This document shows positions 18,564 through 25,723 of a stretch of DNA of 38,835 bases, piece after piece. The notes below the pieces were generated by a model that did not search any database, was not told the origin of the DNA, and was given only the letters and a program-made list of their open reading frames with translations. This stretch comes from Candidatus Berkelbacteria bacterium CG06_land_8_20_14_3_00_43_10 (lineage in GTDB: Bacteria > Patescibacteriota > UBA1384 > GWA2-35-9 > CG2-30-43-20). Position numbers and translations under genes: made by a program. The stretch lies in contig PEVO01000025.1 of NCBI GenBank assembly GCA_002780235.1, positions 305-39,139 of the forward strand, written 5' to 3'. Positions within the stretch are counted from its first letter, which is position 1, and each line of letters opens with the position of its first letter.

Positions 18564-18600
18564 CCCCGCTTGAGTGCAAACTTGAGCGGGGTTTTTCTTT
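18564..18600 (+). terminator. intrinsic terminator
   Basis: CCCCGCT...AGCGGGG plus T-run; repeated at 19621. Confidence 0.85.
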
Positions 18601-18604
18601 TGCC

Positions 18605-19009
18605 TTATTTTCTTGCCTTCAGTTTTGCGTAGAGTTTGATAAGTTTACTGTCAGACGAAGCAAAGTCGGCGCATTTGTTGTCTATCGCCTCGAGAATAAT
18701 GAGGCAGTCTACTAAACTTACTTGAGGTGTCTCTTTGTAAAGCAAGATCGCGTTTAATATGCGGTTTTTATCTGGCACTTCACAACAGGGTAGCTCCAAA
18801 ATTGCGGATATTCTATCGATGATTATCGCTTTTTCTATTTTGTAATAACTTTTCAGCGTCCACGCGAATTCAAAAATAACGAGTATGGGGATATAGAGAT
18901 TATACATACCGCTCGCAGATTGCGTTATTAACCGTTCCGCTTGATCGTATTTTTCTCGGTGTAGAAAGAAATCGAGGAGAATATTTATATCGATTGCGAT
19001 GGTTTTCAT
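18605..19009 (-). CDS. PIN domain toxin (VapC-like)
   Basis: IAIDINILL, EFAWTL, SLVDCLI, SSD; start placed at MKTIA. Confidence 0.88.
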   Translation of the reverse strand: MKTIAIDINILLDFFLHREKYDQAERLITQSASGMYNLYIPILVIFEFAWTLKSYYKIEKAIIIDRISAILELPCCEVPDKNRILNAILLYKETPQVSLVDCLIILEAIDNKCADFASSDSKLIKLYAKLKARK

Positions 19010-19013
19010 ATCG

Positions 19014-19271
19014 TCACTCGTTGGCAATTTCTATTGCCCTTAGTTCGAACGCTTTTTCGATAGCAATATCTGTCTGTGTGCCATCATCGTACTGTTTAAG
19101 AGAGCCGGCAAGATCGAGTATTCTCGGTCTAGTCTTTGGTCGGGCGGTAAACCCATTTTGTGAATAGATTATTTGAAATTTAGTACCTTTTTGTACCGCC
19201 AACCGATCCCGAATTGGTTTTGGGATGGTAAATTGCCCCTTAGAGGTGAGAGTGGTTGTATATGTTTTCAT
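19014..19271 (-). CDS. AbrB/MazE-family antitoxin
   Basis: TLTSKGQFTIPKPIRDRL; GTAAGGA direct repeats in its promoter region. Confidence 0.9.
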   Translation of the reverse strand: MKTYTTTLTSKGQFTIPKPIRDRLAVQKGTKFQIIYSQNGFTARPKTRPRILDLAGSLKQYDDGTQTDIAIEKAFELRAIEIANE

Positions 19272-19310
19272 TGCATTCCTTACATATATACAATAAATCC
19301 TTACTTATAC

Positions 19311-19401
19311 TTTGTCAACCCAATCTATCTTTTGATCGCATCCGGTTAGTGTATTAGTGATTAGGTCAATTAGAAATTTCTCCCCCTGCTCCTTTCCACG
19401 C
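19311..19401. repeat. about 91-bp direct repeat, copy 2
   Basis: near-identical to 16968-17059. Confidence 0.95.
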
Positions 19402-19539
19402 CAGTTCGAAGATAGAACGCTGTCCATTAGCGATGCTCTCGGACTCTATTACAACTGCCACCAGCTCATCTTCGAGCGAAATAATTGCTACTTTATTGCG
19501 ATAGATATTGATCTCGTTGGTAAATGGGTAGATTTTGGG
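19366..19539 (-). pseudogene. C-terminal remnant of a TrmB-like regulator (collapsed unit 3)
   Basis: PKIYPFTNEINIYRNKVAIISL...FELAWKGAG aligns with the C-terminus of 20277..21026. Confidence 0.88.
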
Positions 19540-19586
19540 TCTGGGACCAAAAAAAGGGAGATTATCGAACCGGCCATTGCCGGTAG
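19536..19586 (+). pseudogene. C-terminal remnant of a paralog of the unit 2 cargo gene
   Basis: WVWDQKKGDYRTGHCR* versus WVWDPSKEGYREGHLEPEK*. Confidence 0.75.
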
Positions 19587-19620
19587 ATGACCCCCACCCA
19601 ACCCGCGGCTTATGCCACAA

Positions 19621-19654
19621 CCCCGCTTGAGTGCGAACTTGAGCGGGGTTTTTT
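19621..19654 (+). terminator. intrinsic terminator
   Basis: near-identical to the hairpin at 18564. Confidence 0.85.
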
Positions 19655-19698
19655 ATTTATCGTAAAAACTGTTCGAGAATATATGTTACAATGAATCT

Positions 19699-20229
19699 AT
19701 GGGATTAAAACAAAAGATAAATAATTATGCCTACATAGATAGCCAAAACCTTAATTTAGGAGTACAGAGTTTAGGCTGGAAACTGGATTTCAAAAAGTTT
19801 TGAGTATATTTAACGGAAAAATATCAGGTAAAAATCGCATATCTTTTTATCGGTTATCTTGCTGAAAACCAGGATCTGTATAGTTCGCTTTAAAAAAGCG
19901 GTTATATATTAAAATTTAAACCAGTTTTGCCCGCCAAAGATGGTCAACACAAAGGGAATGTTGATGCTGATATGGTCTTGCAGATTGCCATAGACCACTT
20001 CGAACACCATTTTGATAAAGCGGTAGTTGTCACGAGCGATGGAGATTTTTATTCGGTTGTTAAGTTTTTGTATGGAAAAAAGAAATTAGAAAAAGTAATC
20101 AGTCCTTACTATAAAACATGTTCTTCTCTACTAAAAAGAACAGCCAAAGACAAACTGGTATTTATTAATAATATAAAGAATAAATTAGAATATAAAAAAG
20201 AAAAACACCGCACAAGGACGAAACCTTAA
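19699..20229 (+). pseudogene. NYN domain (PIN-like) RNase with two in-frame stops
   Basis: AYIDSQNL, KGNVDADMV, VTSDGDF motifs; TGA at 19801 and TAA at 19891. Confidence 0.88.
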
Positions 20230-20253
20230 GAGGTGTTTTTCACTATAGATTCT
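20195..20253 (-). ncRNA. putative ~60-nt RNA antisense to the NYN 3' end
   Basis: minus-strand TTGACA-16-TATAAT with extended TG (20287-20260), followed directly by a hairpin and U-run with no ORF. Confidence 0.45.
20200..20241. terminator. bidirectional terminator-like hairpin over the NYN stop codon
   Basis: GAAAAACACC...AAGG-ACGAAA-CCTT...GGTGTTTTTC. Confidence 0.75.
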
Positions 20254-20276
20254 GACTAAATTATATCAAAACAATA

Positions 20277-21026
20277 CTATTTGTCAACCCCCGCCCCTTT
20301 CCATGCCAACTCGAAGATGGCGCGGAGGGTTTTGGCGACGGACTCGGATTCGATGATAACCGACAACAGTTCTCCTTGGAGCGACATTATTGCCACTTTA
20401 TTTTCATAAATATCTATTTCATTGGTAAACGGGTATAGTTTTGGGTCAACTAAACGAGTTTCGCGGAGTTGTTCTTGGTCGTGCTTAACGAATTCTCGGT
20501 TAATATCTAAATCGGGCCCAATCGCTTTGACGGTAATGCCTTTCTTGATTCTCCTTCTCAAGTAGGAATTGATGAAAGATTGATCCTGCGAGTAATACCC
20601 CTGCGCAGTTGCAAACGCCAGAATGGTGCCATTTTGGGGTTGTTTTAAGGTGTCCTCGAGGGCAATCTGGATTCCTGATGCTCCCTCGAAAAATTGGACT
20701 CTCGGTTTATCACCAATAGTTTTAACCAGGGCTTTAATTTCTGGGATAACTGATTCTAACCGGTTGATCTTTTCCTCCTGTAATGCCTTGAACTTATCGA
20801 TCGAGATAGAACTGTAGTGGAGGGTTCCGCGGATCTCGACTTCGGAGAGTAAGCCATTTTCAACCATATTTTTAACCAGATCGTAGATAAACGTTCTCTG
20901 AACTCCCGATTCTCGGGCGATATCACTGACTGTTGCTTGACCTAATTTAAGACAAGCAAGGTAGATTTGTGCTTCCTGTGACTTGATACCAAATTGTGAG
21001 AGAATTGTTAAATAATTGTTTTCCAT
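20277..21026 (-). CDS. TrmB-family transcriptional regulator (unit 4)
   Basis: EAQIYLACLKLGQATVSDIARESGVQRTFIYD, PRVQFFEG, FELAW. Confidence 0.92.
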   Translation of the reverse strand: MENNYLTILSQFGIKSQEAQIYLACLKLGQATVSDIARESGVQRTFIYDLVKNMVENGLLSEVEIRGTLHYSSISIDKFKALQEEKINRLESVIPEIKALVKTIGDKPRVQFFEGASGIQIALEDTLKQPQNGTILAFATAQGYYSQDQSFINSYLRRRIKKGITVKAIGPDLDINREFVKHDQEQLRETRLVDPKLYPFTNEIDIYENKVAIMSLQGELLSVIIESESVAKTLRAIFELAWKGAGVDK

Positions 21027-21033
21027 AGCTTAT

Positions 21034-21120
21034 ATTGTATCAAAAAAATGACAAAAAGTCAATAGCAAGTAGGAAAAAGCGTATCAAACACTTGACAAAA
21101 GTATATTTTTATGCTATAAT
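21034..21120. promoter_or_regulatory. back-to-back sigma70 promoters (unit 4)
   Basis: minus strand TTGACT-17-TACAAT; plus strand TTGACA-17-TATAAT. Confidence 0.8.
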
Positions 21121-21170
21121 ATACTCATCAAACTGGAAATTTGAAAGAATTGAAAGGGAGACGCAAGTTG

Positions 21171-21235
21171 ACAATTTGAACCCTCATGACACCGTAACCT
21201 GAAATATGGGCGGATTACAGAGAGGGTTTGGAGAA
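21171..21235 (+). promoter_or_regulatory. conserved leader hairpin covering the SD (copy 3)
   Basis: ACAATTTGAACCCTC...GAGGGTTTGGAGAA. Confidence 0.7.
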
Positions 21236-21239
21236 TGTA

Positions 21240-21572
21240 ATGGAAGATGTAAGTTACGTTGCGATGTATGTATTAATAAGCGGGCTATTCGGATTGTTTT
21301 TCTGGCAATCCGAATCGAAAATTTCCTCATACTGGGGGAAAAATATCGCCAGCCGAGAGTTCCCACCCTTCTGGTATTGGGTGGTGTGGTGCACGGTAAT
21401 GCCTGTTTGCATCGCGATGTGCACCGTATGGTGCATCGGAAGAGTAGCGTGCTGCGTCGCAAAATTTTCGGAAAAAATAGTTAGATTATTGATGGTGCCC
21501 ATTCGGGCGAGTGACTGGGTAAGCCAGCCGGAATGGATAAGATACCAGTTGTGGCTTCGAAGTCGACGCTAA
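21240..21572 (+). CDS. hypothetical membrane protein (unit 4 cargo)
   Basis: ATG follows the GGAG SD; two hydrophobic segments; terminator follows. Confidence 0.75.
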   Translation: MEDVSYVAMYVLISGLFGLFFWQSESKISSYWGKNIASREFPPFWYWVVWCTVMPVCIAMCTVWCIGRVACCVAKFSEKIVRLLMVPIRASDWVSQPEWIRYQLWLRSRR

Positions 21573-21592
21573 CTTGCGACTTATGTCGCGCT

Positions 21593-21636
21593 CCCGCTTG
21601 GTACAGAAATGTATTGAGCGGGGTTTTTCTTTTGCC
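21593..21636 (+). terminator. intrinsic terminator
   Basis: CCCGCT...AGCGGG plus TTTTTCTTTTGCC; related to the 18564 and 19621 hairpins. Confidence 0.75.
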
Positions 21637-21680
21637 CAAAATTAGTAACCTCTTAGGTTGCAAAAAATGGTAATGAGGAC

Positions 21681-21716
21681 AACCCCCGTGTCTTTATAGT
21701 GCGGGGGTTTTCTTTT
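21681..21716 (+). terminator. second intrinsic terminator
   Basis: AACCCCCG...CGGGGGTT plus T-run. Confidence 0.7.
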
Positions 21717-21798
21717 GTTTTGACCCCGCCACAACATATATTCTGGTCTTGACAATAATCAGAAAATCGGATATTCTGAAAATCAGAAAGGAACTATA

Positions 21799-22032
21799 AT
21801 GGCACAATCTACTTCAATGCGTATATGGGATAAAGGGCAGATAACAATACCGACTCGTTTCCGTAAAGATCTTAATCTGGATGAGGGCACGGTTGTATAC
21901 ATAGAACAATTTGGTGATGCTCTTTTGCTCCGCCCTAAAGAGTCATCTATTATGGCGATCCAAAAACGCGGAGAAGAGCTGATGCGCGCAAAGGGAATAA
22001 CTGTTGAAGATTTAATCGATGAAGAAAACTAA
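21799..22032 (+). CDS. AbrB/MazE-family antitoxin
   Basis: KGQITIPTRFRKDLNL; TCAGAA/TTCTGA repeats in its promoter region. Confidence 0.9.
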   Translation: MAQSTSMRIWDKGQITIPTRFRKDLNLDEGTVVYIEQFGDALLLRPKESSIMAIQKRGEELMRAKGITVEDLIDEEN

Positions 22033-22453
22033 CGTATTTCTTGACAGTAGTGTCTTACTGGCAGGATTGGTGTCGACAACTGGCGCGTCTGCGGAGATTC
22101 TGCGCCTTGCCGAAATAGGTGTCGTTGAGCTTATGGTCTGCGATCTTGTTATTGATGAGGTGAAGCGCAACCTGACCAAAAAATTACCCGAGTTTTTGCC
22201 TTATTTTTACACCGCGCTCGAAGTTCTTAAACCGAGAATTACGCAAAACCAAGAAACGGTAGATACAGTTCTCACACGTTTAATTCCAAAAAAGTCAGAT
22301 CAAATTATTATTCAAACCGCACTCATATCAAAACCGGACTATTTTATCACGCTTGATAAAAAACATTTACTTAAACCGGTCGTCCGCACAGCCGTTGCGA
22401 TGCCAGTTATTACTCCAAGTGAGTTTTTGGGAATAATTAGATTTAAAAACTAA
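22019..22453 (+). CDS. PIN domain toxin (VapC-like), paralog of 16258..16689
   Basis: [24 protein letters not shown]. Confidence 0.9.
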   Translation: MKKTNVFLDSSVLLAGLVSTTGASAEILRLAEIGVVELMVCDLVIDEVKRNLTKKLPEFLPYFYTALEVLKPRITQNQETVDTVLTRLIPKKSDQIIIQTALISKPDYFITLDKKHLLKPVVRTAVAMPVITPSEFLGIIRFKN

Positions 22454-24197
22454 CTAAACCCACCGGCTTGGATCTGCCAGAGTTTTTGGTAGGTGCCTTT
22501 GTGGAGTTTTAATAACATCTCGTGCGTTCCTTCTTCTACGATTGTGCCTTTTTCTAGAACGACAATTCTATCCATCTGTTTGATGGTCGATAAACGGTGG
22601 GCGATGACGATGACGGTCTTGTCTTTAATAAGCGTTTTAAGCGCATCTTGGATGTAACGTTCCGATTGGCTGTCGAGTTGGCTGGTCGCCTCATCAAGAA
22701 TAAGAATCGGTGCATTTTTAAGGATAGCCCGGGCGATCGCCACCCGTTGGCGATCGCCACCAGAAAGCTTGATCCCCCGTTCGCCGACTAACGTATCATA
22801 CCCTTGTGGTAGGTTTTTAATAAACTCGTGGGCATGGGCGAGCGTGGCAGCTTTTTTTACTTCGTCATCGGTGGCGTTTTGTTTGGCATAACGGATATTT
22901 TACATAATACTGCGGTGAAAGAGCAACGCTTCTTGCGGGACGTAGGCGATGGCGCCACGCACACTATCTTGTGTGACCGTTGCAATATTCTGATTATCTA
23001 TGGTAATCTGCCCGCCGTGGACATCAAAAAACGCAACAACAATTTGACAAGCGTCGTTTTGCCCGACCCGGAACTGCCGATCAGTGCCAACCGTTCTTTG
23101 CTCGCAATTTTCAGATTAAATTGTTTGAATATTTTATCGGCATGATATCCAAAAGTCACATCGTTAAATGTTACCGCACCGTTTGATAGTGTAATACTTT
23201 TGGCGTTTGGTGCATCTTGAACTTCATACGGCGTCGTCAGAATATCGGTCATTTCGTTGGCGCTCCCCAAACTATCATAGATACTGCGCATATTGGAAGA
23301 AACGTTCCTTAACCGTTCAAACAACTGCATAATCAAACCTTGGATAAGGGCAAAATCACCGATGGTCAGTGTGCCTTGCCTCCAGAGTACAACGGCGAGC
23401 GCCATCATCCCTACCTCGAGTACCATGGTGAAAAAGTTGACATACGATTCTATGTCGCGGTCAAATAACCATGCTTTGAGTTGGAATCCATATTGTGTCG
23501 AAATCTTTTTCTGATAGAGGGCTTCCTCTGTTGTATATCCGTTAAATATTTTGAGGTTGAGGTTGTTGGCAGTCGTGTCGGCAAGGTGTGCACCGGCGAT
23601 GCTATCGGCGGCGGACTTCTGCAGATCAATTTTCTGACGTTTTTTTGCTGTCGAAAAAGAAAATATCAGATAGATAACGGTCCAGAGTACAAGCGCACCA
23701 ACTAGAGTTAGGTTTCGCAGGCCAAGCGCGATGATAATGAACACGTATCGGATGATACTTTCGGCGATACGCCACGTTGCTTGGTTGGAAAGATCTTCGT
23801 ACGCCCTGATAAATCAGTCGACTTTTTTGGTCAGTGCTCCGCTAAAATTATTCGTAAAAAAGGTATAGGAGTGTTTGTGCAGGTAAGAAAAACAATACGA
23901 AGCAAGGTCTGACATTGTTTTTGTTTGGAATATAATGTTACTCGTCATCGCAGCCCGAGACGTAACCCAGATAATTGCATTGACACCAGCAAAAATGGTT
24001 AGGGTTCGATAAATGATTGGGAGGGTTGTGAAGTCGTTGGCGGCTAGACTGTCGAAGATGTTTTTGTATAAAAATGGGATATACACATACAGTGCGTTGA
24101 CGATGAGAGTAGAAATAATCGATACAAAAACAAGCAGGCGATATTTTTTTGTAAACCGCCAATAAATCGAAATCGTTTGTTTCGATAGATTTTTCAT
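22450..24197 (-). pseudogene. ABC transporter ATP-binding/permease pseudogene
   Basis: TM domain, [20 protein letters not shown]. Lesions: in-frame TGA at 23814-23816, frameshift at the A6 run 23026-23031, TAA at 22900-22902. Confidence 0.92.
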
Positions 24198-24308
24198 ACC
24201 TTTAGTATAGCACTAATTATTGGGTAGGTGCAGGTATATCGCTGATCGGAGAACCATATCACGATCTGCGGGAATGGTTTGACACCAAGGATACTGACTG
24301 AACACCTC

Positions 24309-24359
24309 CCCGGTCTTTCGTGATTCGTTTACACGTTTCACGCGAGATCGGGTTTTTTT
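24309..24359 (+). terminator. terminator-like hairpin
   Basis: CCCGGTCTTTCGTGA...TCACGCGAGATCGGG plus T-run. Confidence 0.6.
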
Positions 24360-24364
24360 ATCTC

Positions 24365-24413
24365 TTGACAAAACAATAATAACATGTTACCATATAATTA
24401 ACAATAATGTTAA
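24365..24413 (+). promoter_or_regulatory. promoter with inverted-repeat operators for the AbiE-type pair
   Basis: TTGACA-17-TACCAT; TAACATGTTA and TTAACA-N4-TGTTAA. Confidence 0.6.
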
Positions 24414-24425
24414 CTATGGAGTAAT

Positions 24426-25100
24426 ATGATAAAAGACATTGCAGAAAAGTTATCTCGAGAATTGCGCATTAGTTTGGATAAAGTTGTCAGGGAAGAATGG
24501 GAAATGAAAGTTCTGGAAAAAATATCCCAGAGCGTAATTGGTGATAAGATAATGTTTAAGGGTGGAACCGCCTTGCGTTTAGCCTATAACTCCCCTCGAT
24601 TTTCTGATGATCTAGATTTTTCTCCACTTTCTAAAATTGCATTCGCTGACTACAAAACGGTTATTAAAAGCATCGAAAAGGCGTTTCCCGAAATTGTTAT
24701 CTCCGATATATACAACAAGTACTATACCTATTTATCTGAATATAAAATTACGGATCCGCTTTTGTCTCAAAACATTACTCTGAAAATTGAACTCTCCAAA
24801 AGAAAAAGCCAATACAAATCGTCCTTGCGTTTAATTAGCTCCCCATCATCAAACTTGCAACCATTATTTCAGGTCGAAGAAATCGATGAAATTTTGAAGG
24901 ACAAACTAAAAACAATACAAGAGCGCAAACTGCCTCGCGATTTGTTTGATATTTGGTTTTTGTGCCAAAAACTTCGTTTACCGATGCCAGATATTACCTT
25001 GAAGATCGATAAAAAATTGATTCGGCAGGAACTTTCTAAATATTTGCCCAAAAACTATCAAACGGTTACCACGCAACTTATGGAGAAGTATGGCAAATAA
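24426..25100 (+). CDS. AbiEii-family nucleotidyltransferase toxin (type IV TA)
   Basis: FKGGTALRL, RFSDDLDF, RDLFDIW. Confidence 0.92.
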   Translation: MIKDIAEKLSRELRISLDKVVREEWEMKVLEKISQSVIGDKIMFKGGTALRLAYNSPRFSDDLDFSPLSKIAFADYKTVIKSIEKAFPEIVISDIYNKYYTYLSEYKITDPLLSQNITLKIELSKRKSQYKSSLRLISSPSSNLQPLFQVEEIDEILKDKLKTIQERKLPRDLFDIWFLCQKLRLPMPDITLKIDKKLIRQELSKYLPKNYQTVTTQLMEKYGK

Positions 25101-25674
25101 CAGATTAAAAGTCCTTGGTACTCTTGATAAAGATTACTTTTCATCGTCTGATTTGCAAAAGATTTTTAAATTACCACGCGCAAGTTTACTAGTGACTTTA
25201 TCGCGTCTGCAAAAACGAGGAGAAATAAAGCGGATTATTAAAGGATATTATCAAGTAGCCGATAAACCAATTAATACTCAAAAGATAGCGACACAGATAT
25301 ATCAACCGAGTTATATTTCTTTTGAAAGCGCGCTGTCGCGCTACGGGGGGATAAGCCAAGTACCTTATTGTTTGACGCTGGCAACCACCAATAAACCAAA
25401 AAAAATAGTTCTCGACAAGGAAGATATTGAGTACCGCAAAATTAAGCAGGATTTACTCTTTGGATTTAACCTTATCGACGGCGTGTATGTGGCGACAGCG
25501 GAAAAAGCTCTGCTCGATACATTGTATATGGTGTCAAAAGGGAGATTGCAAATTGACTTGACCGTTATTGACAAAAAAGTATTTGACAAAATAAAGTTGT
25601 TACTCTGGTCCAAACAGTATCCACCAGCGGTTTTGCGTCTTATTAATAGTTTATATCAAGAACGAACCGATTAA
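25090..25674 (+). CDS. AbiEi-like antitoxin / transcriptional regulator
   Basis: N-terminal wHTH, PSYISFESALS, ATAEKALLD. Confidence 0.88.
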   Translation: MANNRLKVLGTLDKDYFSSSDLQKIFKLPRASLLVTLSRLQKRGEIKRIIKGYYQVADKPINTQKIATQIYQPSYISFESALSRYGGISQVPYCLTLATTNKPKKIVLDKEDIEYRKIKQDLLFGFNLIDGVYVATAEKALLDTLYMVSKGRLQIDLTVIDKKVFDKIKLLLWSKQYPPAVLRLINSLYQERTD

Positions 25675-25723
25675 CGAATCGATATATTTGCTGGAGATTA
25701 GTACCTAGATCTGGTGGAATTGA

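Noticed and set aside
19357..19620. The 77-aa and 84-aa ORFs as intact genes
   Set aside because: They are frames crossing a deletion junction; only the remnants described above show homology.
20200..20241. GACGAAAC hairpin as a hammerhead ribozyme
   Set aside because: No CUGANGA core is correctly placed relative to the stem; it fits a terminator-type hairpin better.
14779..22453. Integron cassette array
   Set aside because: No integrase is in the window, and I could not find RYYYAAC...GTTRRRY attC structures after the genes. The units carry their own promoters in both orientations.
19801..23816. In-frame TGA codons in the NYN and ABC genes as a sign of UGA recoding (code 25 or 4)
   Set aside because: Both genes also contain in-frame TAA, and the long core genes in the window are open without TGA readthrough.
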